NCBI GenBank assembly: GCA_038870455.1
Contig: JAWCPB010000001.1
Coordinates: 1-64,000 of the forward strand
Direction of reading: 5' to 3'
Length of the DNA: 64,000 bases
DNA from: Candidatus Micrarchaeia archaeon
Lineage (GTDB): Archaea; Micrarchaeota; Micrarchaeia; Burarchaeales; JACRGF01
Under the pieces are notes generated by a model that ran no database searches, was not told the DNA's origin, and saw only the letters and a list, made by a program, of their open reading frames with translations. The position numbers and the translations under genes were made by a program. Of the stretch, positions 36,742 through 46,170 are shown one piece after another; position 1 is the first letter of the stretch; every line of letters starts with the position of its first letter.

Positions 36742-37131
36742 ATGAAAATCGTCATCTCCGACCCGAAGGCAGGAAACACTTTTCAGACCGAGCTCGAAAA
36801 GAGCAAAGAGGGCGCGCTGGCGGGCTTGAAGATAGGCGACGTTTTCGACGGGGCGCTCGTGGGCGCGCCGGGCTACCGCCTGCGCATCACTGGCGGAAGC
36901 GACAGGGAGGGCTTTCCCATGCGCGCCGACGTGTCTGGTCCCAGGCGGGCCAGCGTCCTGCTTTCGGGGCCCCCGGGCTTCCGCCCCTCCAGAAAGGGCG
37001 AGCGCGGGAGAAAGAGCGTCAGGGGGAACACCGTCAGCGACGCCATCGCCCAGCTGAACACCGTGGTCGCCGAGGCCGGCGCCAAGCCGCTCGCCGAGCT
37101 TTTCCCGTCCAAGCCCAAGGAGAAGAAGTAG
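36742..37131 (+). CDS. rps6e: 30S ribosomal protein eS6 (S6e)
   Basis: MKIVISDP, ITGGSDREGFPM, GERGRKSVRGN. Confidence 0.96.
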   Translation: MKIVISDPKAGNTFQTELEKSKEGALAGLKIGDVFDGALVGAPGYRLRITGGSDREGFPMRADVSGPRRASVLLSGPPGFRPSRKGERGRKSVRGNTVSDAIAQLNTVVAEAGAKPLAELFPSKPKEKK

Positions 37132-37551
37132 ATGAAGCTCATACTCGTTCCCACAGACGGCTCGCCCGCCGCCCGCCGCGCGCTCTCCAAAGCGCTGGAG
37201 CTCGCAAGAAAATTCAAGAGCAAAATCATCGCCGCTAACGTCATCGAGCCGGTGGGCTGGACCGTCGCCACGGCGGACGCGCTCGTGCTCGAGGCCAGGG
37301 CGCAGGAGTGGCAGGCCGGCGTGCTCAAGGAAGCCGAGAGGATGGCGCGCGGCAAGGGCGCGAGGATAAGGACGGCCGCCCTGCGGGGAGTGGTCGCGGA
37401 CGAGCTCGTCGCCTATGCGAAGAAAACAAAATGCGACCTCATCGTGATGGGCTCCAGGGGCCTCTCGCGCACGGACAGGTTCCTCCTCGGCAGCGTCAGC
37501 GACAGGGTGCTGCACCACGCGCCCTGCAGCGTATTGATCGTGAGAAAATAA
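37132..37551 (+). CDS. Universal stress protein (UspA family)
   Basis: ILVPTDGS and DLIVMGSRG...LLGSVS..V...APCSVLIV. Confidence 0.93.
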   Translation: MKLILVPTDGSPAARRALSKALELARKFKSKIIAANVIEPVGWTVATADALVLEARAQEWQAGVLKEAERMARGKGARIRTAALRGVVADELVAYAKKTKCDLIVMGSRGLSRTDRFLLGSVSDRVLHHAPCSVLIVRK

Positions 37552-37564
37552 GAGCGGGGAGTTT

Positions 37565-38782
37565 GTGGCACAGGCTGAAGTGAACATAGGAATGCTCGGG
37601 CACGTCGATCACGGAAAGACTGCGCTAACCCACGCGCTGACCGGCGTCTGGACTGACACGCACAGCGAGGAAATCAAGCGCGGCATCACCATAAAGCTCG
37701 GCTATGCCGACGCCGTCTTCCGCAAATGCCCCAAGTGCGGCGAGCCCCAGGCCTTTACAACAAAGGAAAAGTGCCCAAAATGCGGCTCGGCCACAGACGT
37801 TCTCAGGCGCGTTTCCTTCATCGACTCGCCGGGCCACGAGACGCTCATGACCACAGCCATCGCGGCCTCAAGCGTCATGGACGGGGCGCTTCTCGTCATC
37901 GCGGCGAACGAGCCGTGCCCCCAGCCTCAGACGCTCGAGCACCTCATGGTGCTTGACATCCTCGGCGTGAAGAATGTCATCGTCATCCAGAACAAGATAG
38001 ACCTTGTGTCGAGAGAAAAAGCGCTTGAGAACTACAACCAGATTAAAAAATTCTTGAGCGGCACTGTGGCGGAAAACGCCCCGGTCATTCCGGTCGCGGC
38101 AAACTATTTCGCGAATCTGGATCTCGTCATCCAGGCCATCGAAAAGCACATTCCGACTCCCAAGCGCGACGCGGGCGCGCCCTTCCGCATGTACGTGGCG
38201 CGCTCTTTCGACGTTAACAAGCCCGGTACGGATATAGACAAGCTCGTGGGCGGGGTGGTCGGCGGCTCCATCATACAAGGCACGGTGCGCGTGGGAGACG
38301 AGATTGAGCTGCGTCCTGGAATTTCAAGGGGCGCCGAGAAGGAGGGCAGGGAACCCTCGCACGAGCCCATCGTCACGCGCGTGGAGAGCCTGAGCGTTGG
38401 AAGCGAGAGACTGGAGGAAGCGCGGCCCGGCGGCCTCGTGGCCATCGGCACCCGCCTCGACCCGGCCCTCACAAAAGCCGATTCCCTTGTCGGCAACCTC
38501 GTGGGCAAGCCCGGCACGCTGCCCGAGCTCGTCAGTGAGGCGGAGCTTGATTTCGTGCTGCTCAAGCGCGTCGACCTCGAAAACCCGCCGCTGAGGCAGA
38601 ACGAGCCGCTTGTGCTAAGCGTCGGCACGACAACAGCCATCGGCTTCGTGGATAAGATAAAGAAAAACATCCTGTCGCTCAAGCTCAAGCGTCCGATCTG
38701 CGCCAAAAAGGGAAGCAAGGTCGCGCTCTCCCGCCGCCTGGGCCAGCGATGGCACCTCGCCGGCTACGGCACGCTGCGCTAA
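37565..38782 (+). CDS. eif2g: Translation initiation factor 2 subunit gamma
   Basis: GHVDHGKT, RGITIKLGY, Zn knuckle, DSPGHE, NKID, RSFDVNKPG. Confidence 0.97.
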   Translation: MAQAEVNIGMLGHVDHGKTALTHALTGVWTDTHSEEIKRGITIKLGYADAVFRKCPKCGEPQAFTTKEKCPKCGSATDVLRRVSFIDSPGHETLMTTAIAASSVMDGALLVIAANEPCPQPQTLEHLMVLDILGVKNVIVIQNKIDLVSREKALENYNQIKKFLSGTVAENAPVIPVAANYFANLDLVIQAIEKHIPTPKRDAGAPFRMYVARSFDVNKPGTDIDKLVGGVVGGSIIQGTVRVGDEIELRPGISRGAEKEGREPSHEPIVTRVESLSVGSERLEEARPGGLVAIGTRLDPALTKADSLVGNLVGKPGTLPELVSEAELDFVLLKRVDLENPPLRQNEPLVLSVGTTTAIGFVDKIKKNILSLKLKRPICAKKGSKVALSRRLGQRWHLAGYGTLR

Positions 38783-38810
38783 CGCTAATCTCCAATTTTG
38801 CAAGCCGACG

Positions 38811-38831
38811 AAGTCATCGTTTGGTTCTGAT
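38811..38831 (+). repeat. Dispersed short hairpin repeat AAGTCATCGTTTGGTTCTGAT
   Basis: Matches the reverse complement of 57271-57291 at 20 of 21 nt; lies between convergent genes. Confidence 0.55.
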
Positions 38832-39502
38832 TAGCAGATGCTCGTGAAAGTCACGTTCTGCGAATAAGTCCCCGGGGGCGTGCCGGAAGGGGGCCTGAGC
38901 TGGAAGTACGCCGTGAAAGAGCCCGAGCCGACGAGCGAGTAGTACACCGTCGCATCGCTTTCCGCCAGCAGGCTCTTTGAAGCAAACGGTACGCCGCTCT
39001 GGTTCGCCCACCGCGTGGCGTTCGCGGGCATGCTTTTCCCCGCATCGGTCCAGTTCGTTCCCCTAACCAGCACGTCGGCCGCCTGCACCACCAGCCCCGG
39101 AACCTCATCGCCGTAGCCCGCGCCGCTCACCACGCTTCCCGAAATCCGCAAGCCCGCCCCCTTCTCAACGAAAAAAACGTAGGACCACCCGCTCCAGCTT
39201 TCAACGCGGGAATTCTCCACGAGCAGGGATGCGTTTCCGGCCACGCTCACAGCGAATTCCCCGTCGCGCGATGCATTGACCAGCAGCGTGACGTTCCTCA
39301 AAACCAGTTTCCCCGTCACGTTCAGGTTCCCGTTCAGCACCACCCCGCCGTCCGCGCACGCCTGTTCAGTCGGTACAATCCAATCGCCTTTTTCTGGCGG
39401 AGCGCATCCCGACGGCGGAAGCACCGCGGCCGCGTAAACCTTTCCCCTCGGAGCGGGTTGCAGCAGCCCCGCGCACCCGGCGAGCACGATTGCAAGCGCC
39501 AT
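38831..39502 (-). CDS. Putative lipoprotein, beta-helix-like
   Basis: LAGC lipobox and beta-strand-rich repeats (NGNLNV, LRNVTL). Confidence 0.55.
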   Translation of the reverse strand: MALAIVLAGCAGLLQPAPRGKVYAAAVLPPSGCAPPEKGDWIVPTEQACADGGVVLNGNLNVTGKLVLRNVTLLVNASRDGEFAVSVAGNASLLVENSRVESWSGWSYVFFVEKGAGLRISGSVVSGAGYGDEVPGLVVQAADVLVRGTNWTDAGKSMPANATRWANQSGVPFASKSLLAESDATVYYSLVGSGSFTAYFQLRPPSGTPPGTYSQNVTFTSIC

Positions 39503-39553
39503 CAGTTCCGCGCGTCCATCGCTTTTCTTTAAATCCTCACACTATATTTAATT

Positions 39554-41710
39554 GTGCGCAAGAGGTTTGTGGAAGGCGCGAGACGACCCATCTTCTCCAA
39601 GTGCGAGGTAGCCGCCGCGCTTTGGAACGTGCTGCGCAACCGCGGGATAGAGAGGCTCTACAAGCACCAGGCCCAAGGCATTCGCCTCATCCGGCGAGGC
39701 AGAAACGTCGTCGTCACGGCTCCCACGGCGAGCGGCAAGAGCGAGATCTGCCTCATCCCAGTCATGGAAGCCGCCCTCCAGGGCAAGCGCTCGCTCCTCC
39801 TGTTTCCCACGAAAGCGCTGTCGCGCGACCAGCTCGCCCGCCTCAGGGAATTCTCCATTCTCGGCATCCGCTCCGACGTGTATGATGGCGACACGCCGCC
39901 GCACCACCGCGAAAAAATCCGCGCCGACTTCCCCCACATCATCGTCTCGAACATTGACATGCTCCATCACATGCTGATGAACTCGCGTCTCTTCAACCCC
40001 TTATGGAAATCGCTCAAGTTTGTTGTCATCGACGAAGTCCATTACTACTCTGGCGCGCTGGGCGCGCACGCCGCAAACATTCTCCGGAGGCTCAAGCGCG
40101 CGTTGTCTCGCTTCAAAGCAAAGCCGCAGTTCATCTGCCTTTCCGCAACAGTCGGCAACGCCAAGCACTTCGCCGAGTCCCTGGCAGGCGAGCCCTTCTC
40201 GCTCGTTGACGCGCGTTTTGCCTCCCGCTCTCCGCTCGAGCACCTCATCATCGTTCCCGAAGAGCGCTCTTACACAACCGAAGCGGTTGGCCTCGCTGAA
40301 GAACTCCTCTCTAAACGCCACTGCCGCAAGCTTCTCCTGTTCGCGAACTCGCACGCTGTTGTGGAGAGGGTTGGGCTCATGGCGAGAGAAAAGGGCCTTT
40401 TCCTGAAAGCATATAGGGCCGGCCTCGAGAGGGAAGCGCGCCGCCGCCTCGAGCAGGAGTTCAAGACAGGCAATCTCAACGCGCTGGCCGCCACTTCCGC
40501 TCTCGAATTGGGAATGGACATCGGCGCTGTCGATGCGGTCATCCTCGCCGGTTTTCCGGGCAGCATCACGCGCGTGCGCCAGCGCATCGGCAGAGCGGGC
40601 AGGAAAGGCCAGAAGGCGGTTGCTGCCTACATCGCGAGGGCAAACCCGCTTGATGTGTATTACGCCGAGCACCCAAAGGAATACCTGCACGGCGAGCCTG
40701 AAAACTGTTTCGTGAATGTCGAGAACGAGCACATCCTCAAGCCCCACCTGCTGGCGGCCGCAAGGGACCACCCACTTTCCGAGGAGGAACTCCCCCTTTT
40801 CGGCGAGCCTGCTCCCCGCCTCTTCGCCGAACTCAAGCGCGAGGGCCTACTCAAAGAATGGGCGGGCGGCTGGATTCCGACCAAGGAGGGCCTGCGCCTG
40901 CTGCGCGCGCTCTCCATCCGCGGCGCAAGTGAGGCCATCCGCATTTACGATGTCAGCGCGCAGAAGTTCATCGGTGAAAGGGAAGAAGCGATGGCGCTCG
41001 GCGAGCTTTTCCCCGGCGCGATATACCTTCACGGAGGCGAGAAGTTCGAAAGCGAGCGGCTCGACCTTGATAAAAAGATCGCTTTCGTGCGCCTCATGCG
41101 CACCCCGACCACCGAATACACGACGGCCCTGCGCGAACGCCATGCCGAAATACTCGAGACGCGCAGGCAGCGCCCCGCTCTCGGCTGTAATCTTTTCTTC
41201 GGCCGCGTGCACATCACTGACGAAGTGTATGGCTATGTCGTGCGCGATTTCTTTCGCGAAGACGTCGCCCGCAAGCACCTTCTGCAAACCCCTCTGCGCC
41301 ACGAGTTTGACACGCTCGCGCTGTGGGTCGATCTGCCTGAGAAAATTGTTTTCTCCACCGATAACTTTGGCGACGGCCTTCACGGCGTGGAACACGTGGC
41401 CATCGCCATGGCTCCCGCGCTGACAGGGGCTGACCCCGGCGAGCTCGGAGGCATTTCCTACCCCAGCGGCCGCATGTTCGTTTATGAGGGCTATGAAGGC
41501 GGTGTGGGCGCCACGGAAATATTTTTCGACAAGTTCGAGAAAATCCTTCGCATGGGAGCCGCCCGCCTCTTCTCCTGCCGGTGCAAGAGCGGATGCCCGG
41601 CGTGCGTGCTCGACCCTCTGTGCGGCAACAACAACCAGCACCTAGACAAGGCGGCGGCTAGAGAGATACTGCACAAAATTTTCGGCGAGAGAGGCCACGG
41701 CCAGACTTAA
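39554..41710 (+). CDS. SF2 DEAH helicase with C-terminal DUF1998 Zn-binding domain (Hrq1/MrfA/SftH family)
   Basis: LYKHQ, TASGKS, PTKAL..DQ, DEVH, SAT, ALELGMDIG, QRIGRAGR and C-terminal CxCxxGCPxC. Confidence 0.92.
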   Translation: MRKRFVEGARRPIFSKCEVAAALWNVLRNRGIERLYKHQAQGIRLIRRGRNVVVTAPTASGKSEICLIPVMEAALQGKRSLLLFPTKALSRDQLARLREFSILGIRSDVYDGDTPPHHREKIRADFPHIIVSNIDMLHHMLMNSRLFNPLWKSLKFVVIDEVHYYSGALGAHAANILRRLKRALSRFKAKPQFICLSATVGNAKHFAESLAGEPFSLVDARFASRSPLEHLIIVPEERSYTTEAVGLAEELLSKRHCRKLLLFANSHAVVERVGLMAREKGLFLKAYRAGLEREARRRLEQEFKTGNLNALAATSALELGMDIGAVDAVILAGFPGSITRVRQRIGRAGRKGQKAVAAYIARANPLDVYYAEHPKEYLHGEPENCFVNVENEHILKPHLLAAARDHPLSEEELPLFGEPAPRLFAELKREGLLKEWAGGWIPTKEGLRLLRALSIRGASEAIRIYDVSAQKFIGEREEAMALGELFPGAIYLHGGEKFESERLDLDKKIAFVRLMRTPTTEYTTALRERHAEILETRRQRPALGCNLFFGRVHITDEVYGYVVRDFFREDVARKHLLQTPLRHEFDTLALWVDLPEKIVFSTDNFGDGLHGVEHVAIAMAPALTGADPGELGGISYPSGRMFVYEGYEGGVGATEIFFDKFEKILRMGAARLFSCRCKSGCPACVLDPLCGNNNQHLDKAAAREILHKIFGERGHGQT

Positions 41711-42447
41711 CTCGCTGCGGCAGCGCAGTTCTGCTGGCACTGAGCCTGCTGGTCCGCTGGCAGCAGCGCGCACGCGCTCAAGCACTGCTGCAGAAGACCC
41801 TCGCCCGGCGGCTGGCTCTCAGGCGGCGGCTGTGGCGGCATCAGCCCGCCCAACAGATCCGCATAGCTGCAAACGCTTCCGGGCGTTGCAAACTTTTCAT
41901 CGCCGAATACATCGGGATTGCACTGGAAGTTCGTTGGAGGAATGCTCTCAAGCTCGCTGGCGCTTGCCGCCTCAGCCCCTCCGGCTGGCGGCTGCGCGGC
42001 CTCCTGTGGTGTCATTCTCAGCCAATCGCAGTTTTTTCCCATCGCCGCGAACGCCTGCTTCATCTGCGCGCCGACCTGCAGGTACGTCTCGCCGCCCCTC
42101 ACCACCGTGATAATGGGCTCAGTCATTTCGGGCGGTCTCGTCTCAGTCCTGAAGTTGCTTCCCCGCAGCCACAGGTTTGTTGTGATGGACCGGCCGCCCT
42201 CTGTCGTTGTAACCGTGCATCTCACCGGCATCCCGAGCGCGACCAACTGCGCAAAACCCATCCCGAGAAGCGACTGCACCTCCGGTTGAGTGGGGACGCT
42301 CGGCGCGGGTTGGGCAGGCGTGGCGGGCTGTGCCGGCTGTGACGGCGTGGGCTGGCCAGGCCCCGAAACATTCTGCTGTGTCGGTGCGCCCTCACATCCT
42401 GCAAGAAGCAACATTCCGAAAACAACCAATGCGGCTACGTATTTCAT
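41707..42447 (-). CDS. Putative lipoprotein
   Basis: LLAGC lipobox, Pro/Gln-rich linker, C-terminal CxxxC...CxxxC. Confidence 0.7.
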   Translation of the reverse strand: MKYVAALVVFGMLLLAGCEGAPTQQNVSGPGQPTPSQPAQPATPAQPAPSVPTQPEVQSLLGMGFAQLVALGMPVRCTVTTTEGGRSITTNLWLRGSNFRTETRPPEMTEPIITVVRGGETYLQVGAQMKQAFAAMGKNCDWLRMTPQEAAQPPAGGAEAASASELESIPPTNFQCNPDVFGDEKFATPGSVCSYADLLGGLMPPQPPPESQPPGEGLLQQCLSACALLPADQQAQCQQNCAAAAS

Positions 42448-42508
42448 CAACGCACCCCCTTAACTCTTTTTCATCCATGTTTTTAAGCGTAGCGCACAAA
42501 CTTTCCAC

Positions 42509-43168
42509 ATGGCAAACAATCATCCAAGCCTGAGGTTCATTGAAGACGTTCTCCTCGCTTCGTTCGGCGTGGCCATCGCTGCGCGCGGGCTCGCTGAACT
42601 CTATTATACTCTTTTCAGAACATTCGCCCTAGCGAACGACTCTATCCGCATCAGCGAAGCGCTTGGCTGGCTGCTCCCGCCCGCAGGCCTGGCCGCCGCC
42701 CACATCAGCGTAGGTGTTGCGGCCGCAGTCATCGCCGCTAGGACAGGGAAATTCGAGGAAACCTCGTCGCTCGTCACGTCGGCCTTCGTGGCGCGCTTCT
42801 GGCCCATCCCGGTTCTTGCGGCCGTGGGGGCAGTCGTATCGCTTATTCTCGGCATTATTGCCAGGGCGTTCGTCGCCCTCCCGCCCGGCTCTAGGCCAGA
42901 GACCTTCCTACTGCCCGCCGCCCTGCTGATCACCGGCGGGCTCGGGTGCATGGCCGGAACTTACTTCGGAGTTTATTTCGAGGCCAAGCCGGATGAAGCC
43001 AGGAGGCACAGGTGGTTTGCCATCCCGTACGCGCTCGTGGGAGGATTGGGCGCAGGCCTCGTGCTCGCCAGCCTGGAGCTGGAATCCGCCCCCCTGCTCC
43101 TCTCCGGCTCCCTGCTCCTTGGCCTCTTCCTCCGCTACGCCTTTCTCAACTACCTGCACGGGAAATGA
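42509..43168 (+). CDS. Multi-pass membrane protein
   Basis: About six hydrophobic segments. Confidence 0.6.
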   Translation: MANNHPSLRFIEDVLLASFGVAIAARGLAELYYTLFRTFALANDSIRISEALGWLLPPAGLAAAHISVGVAAAVIAARTGKFEETSSLVTSAFVARFWPIPVLAAVGAVVSLILGIIARAFVALPPGSRPETFLLPAALLITGGLGCMAGTYFGVYFEAKPDEARRHRWFAIPYALVGGLGAGLVLASLELESAPLLLSGSLLLGLFLRYAFLNYLHGK

Positions 43169-43706
43169 GCGCAATCTTCCTGAAGTTCTCCTCCATCCTC
43201 CTTCTTATTTTCGGAAACCTCATCCCGGCCGCGGGATGAAAGGTGGCAAAAAATTTTCTCCCTTCTTTCTCGACAACCTTCCCTGCGACCTCCCCAAGTT
43301 TTTTCCCAAGCACATCGGCAACCGCCACTTCCCCTAATAATATAATCAGTCTCGGGTTCACGGCCTCGATTTGCGCCTTCAGGTAAGAGAGGCACGCGGC
43401 CAGCTCGTCAGCCCTCGGCTTCCTGTTCTTCGGCGGAAAGCACTTTACTGCCGAAGTTATGAATACTCCGCTCCGCTCTATCCCCGCCTTTACCAGCAGT
43501 TTATCCAAAAACCTCCCAGCCATTCCCACGAAAGGCTTTCCGCTCTCGTCTTCTCTCCTGCCCGGCGCTTGTCCCACGAAAAAAAGTTTCGCACCCGCTG
43601 GCCCTTCCCCGGGCACGGCCTTTTTCCTTGACTTGGAGAGCCTGCACAAGGAACACGCCCGAATCTGCCTTGCCAGCTCCTCCAGCCTATTTTCAACCTG
43701 CTTCAC
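43146..43706 (-). CDS. udg: Uracil-DNA glycosylase, family 4 (Fe-S type)
   Basis: CxxC.L, VPGEG, GQAPG..ED..G.PFVG, KCFPP.NR.P, HPAA. Confidence 0.92.
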   Translation of the reverse strand: MKQVENRLEELARQIRACSLCRLSKSRKKAVPGEGPAGAKLFFVGQAPGRREDESGKPFVGMAGRFLDKLLVKAGIERSGVFITSAVKCFPPKNRKPRADELAACLSYLKAQIEAVNPRLIILLGEVAVADVLGKKLGEVAGKVVEKEGRKFFATFHPAAGMRFPKIRRRMEENFRKIALISRAGS

Positions 43707-44146
43707 GCAACTCCACCATGTTTCAAAAAACTATTAGATTTTTCTAATAATCTTTTTGCATTTTCAAAAGTAAGCTTCTCCAAAGCCTTTTTGAAAGGCA
43801 GCCACTCAAAACCAATATGCTCAAAAGAAAGCTTGACCTCCTTTTGTTTTGTCTCAGCGAGCTGGAAATAAACAGTCTTGGCAACCGTTTTTCCTTCTCT
43901 TCTAAAAAAATATTTGAGCTTCTCGCGAAAACCCGGAACAAATTCCACATCAGTTATTCCAGTTTCCTCCGCGATCTCCCTCCTCGCCGTCTCCTCTACG
44001 CTCTCGCCTTTTTCAATCTTCCCCTTTGGAAAATCCCAATGCCCTTCTTCATAATGCAGGATGAGGTAGAGGATCTGCCCACCTTCTCTCCTGAAGACAA
44101 TCGCGCCTGAAGAAAACTCGAGCGGCACGTTGCTCTTTTGATTCAT
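43703..44146 (-). CDS. Nudix hydrolase (Ap4A hydrolase-like)
   Basis: HWDFPKG.IEKGE....ARREIAEETG Nudix box; LSFEH. Confidence 0.9.
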   Translation of the reverse strand: MNQKSNVPLEFSSGAIVFRREGGQILYLILHYEEGHWDFPKGKIEKGESVEETARREIAEETGITDVEFVPGFREKLKYFFRREGKTVAKTVYFQLAETKQKEVKLSFEHIGFEWLPFKKALEKLTFENAKRLLEKSNSFLKHGGVA

Positions 44147-44301
44147 AACTTTTAAATTCCTGGATGTCCGCGCTGACAGAAAGTTAGGAAGCTTTTAACA
44201 CCACTTCAGTAAACTCATTATCAAGTCTGGTTTTTTCAAAACTTCTTATGGTTCACTGCTACAGTGTTAAGCGGGTTTTATGGCACGTGGAAGCACGCTT
44301 A

Positions 44302-45552
44302 TCAGGTGTTTGAGCTTAAAGATGGGCAATGTCCTTTAATTAGTTTACTGATACGGTATTCCCAGGCACATTCAATAAAACGAGCTATAATTATTGCGGA
44401 GTTTTGAATGGCCCGTGGAACGAGTACGTTTGCCTGCTTAAAGCATTCCTCATCGCTTAATTTTCCAATTTTATTTTGATACGGATCAGTGCCGGGCACA
44501 TCAACGCTCCTGAACTCTTGCGTCTCTCTTGCCATATTGTCAACAAAATCAGCGAGTTTTTCCATAGCATTCTCCCAAGTCCAGCTGGGGTTCTCTTTCG
44601 GCGGTTCTAGGGGACCGCTATCCCAAATAGTTATGTTCATTTTTCCCCTTCCGCGCCTAATATCAGGATAATCCCTCTTCTTTAGCCATTGCTCGAGCGA
44701 ATCGAGTTTTCCAAAAAATACCGTTGGACCATGAACATCATTGTGCACATGGGCGGGCACGTGGAGATCGGCTATAAGATGGAGGATGTGGCCGAGCACG
44801 CAAAAGGCCTCTGACTTTTCGCCATTCGCATACAGTTCCATCCCCCAATGCCAGAAAATTTTTATCCTGTCAAGCGCGCTCTGGAATCTGATTTCTCCAT
44901 TTTGAATGTTCAGTCCCCTGTCTCCCTCGGCGCGCATAGGATCGTAGAAGTGACCCATGTACGGTCTGTTGATGGGATCGGCTTCAATCGCCTCACCTAC
45001 CATTTTCTTCCATAATTTAGCAATACCCATAAAAATTCCTTGAAGCGGGCCGATCTTCTGGTTCAAATAGCGCTGAGCAAATTCTCTACCACTTTTGAAA
45101 GGCTCAGATGGTGCCTTAACAAACAGATCCTCAAGCTTCTCACCGGGTCTGAAAATGTAGTCCTCTGCCAGCGCACCCACCATTATCTGCCAGGTGTGCT
45201 CAATGGCTTCTGGCTTGCCACTCAGTTTGGCAGCGTGAAAGGCTATGTACTCGTGGCAGGCTCCGTCAGCATGGCGAAGTTTTGCCACTTCCCGCTGAGC
45301 CGCGAAAATGTTGTATGGAGGAATTTCCTGCCATTTCGCAATCTTTCTGCTCAATCCATCTGGCAGTGGGCCCGTGCTAAATTTCAACACTGAAGTGAGA
45401 GGTCGGCTTTCAACCTCAACAAGGGGAAGGCATTTTGCAAATGCGTGCGCTGGCTGAAGGGAAGGTGGAAAGAGTCTATCAAAAACTTGGTTAATCTTTC
45501 CAACAAAGTTTTCGAATTTTCTATTTACTTTCTGTTTGGCCTCCCCCCTCAT
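44302..45552 (-). CDS. Zn-dependent phospholipase C / P1-nuclease fold protein with N-terminal extension
   Basis: HEYIA, HFYDP and LGHILHLIADLHVPAHVHND Zn-ligand pattern; lower GC than the flanks. Confidence 0.6.
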   Translation of the reverse strand: MRGEAKQKVNRKFENFVGKINQVFDRLFPPSLQPAHAFAKCLPLVEVESRPLTSVLKFSTGPLPDGLSRKIAKWQEIPPYNIFAAQREVAKLRHADGACHEYIAFHAAKLSGKPEAIEHTWQIMVGALAEDYIFRPGEKLEDLFVKAPSEPFKSGREFAQRYLNQKIGPLQGIFMGIAKLWKKMVGEAIEADPINRPYMGHFYDPMRAEGDRGLNIQNGEIRFQSALDRIKIFWHWGMELYANGEKSEAFCVLGHILHLIADLHVPAHVHNDVHGPTVFFGKLDSLEQWLKKRDYPDIRRGRGKMNITIWDSGPLEPPKENPSWTWENAMEKLADFVDNMARETQEFRSVDVPGTDPYQNKIGKLSDEECFKQANVLVPRAIQNSAIIIARFIECAWEYRISKLIKGHCPSLSSNT

Positions 45553-45603
45553 GAAATTATTTTTCTCGCCAGAGTATTTAAAGGACATCCATGATTATAG
45601 TGC

Positions 45604-46170
45604 ATGAAGAACTTGCTCATAGTGCTGGCCGTGCTTCCGCTCGCCGGCGCTTCCGTGAGCGATGTGAAATTTTCGTTCATTGACAGCAGTGGAAACAAGG
45701 TTGATTTTTACCCGGCTGGTTATTCTGGAAAAGTTTCGGTCAGGGCTGAAATCAGCGACGCGGCGTATCCCGAGTGGGTGGCTGGCGAGGTGAGATATAC
45801 CTTAAGGTGCGAACTCATTGACCAGAATGGAACCAGGCTCAGGCTTCCGGAGGCGATGATTGGATGCATTGCCATCAGCGGGCCCGGTGTGTTGAAAAAC
45901 TGCAGGAAGGAAGTCTCTTTCGAATTCAGGGCCGAATACGTGAAAGGCGGGAGCGTGGAATGCTTTCTTGACGAGCAAAAGGCTTTTTCGAGCACTATCC
46001 CGTTTGCGCAGTTTGTCTCCCAGCCGCCCGTACAGCCTCCAGCACAGCCGGCCGTACAGCCTCCGGCTCAATATCAAACGCAGCAGGGACCGGTCTGCTG
46101 TGCTGGCATAGGCCTGCTACTCCTCGGGTTGTTTTTGCTTTGTTCCGGGGAGGTGGATTGTCCTTCCTAA
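45604..46170 (+). CDS. Secreted protein with C-terminal Cys-containing membrane anchor
   Basis: N-terminal signal peptide, QPP-repeat linker, PVCCAGIGLLLLGLFLL tail. Confidence 0.6.
   Translation: MKNLLIVLAVLPLAGASVSDVKFSFIDSSGNKVDFYPAGYSGKVSVRAEISDAAYPEWVAGEVRYTLRCELIDQNGTRLRLPEAMIGCIAISGPGVLKNCRKEVSFEFRAEYVKGGSVECFLDEQKAFSSTIPFAQFVSQPPVQPPAQPAVQPPAQYQTQQGPVCCAGIGLLLLGLFLLCSGEVDCPS

Noticed and set aside
46021-46068. Short tandem repeat (CAGCCG.CCGTACAGCCTCC twice)
   Set aside because: Encodes the QPP linker of a secreted protein; ordinary low-complexity coding sequence.
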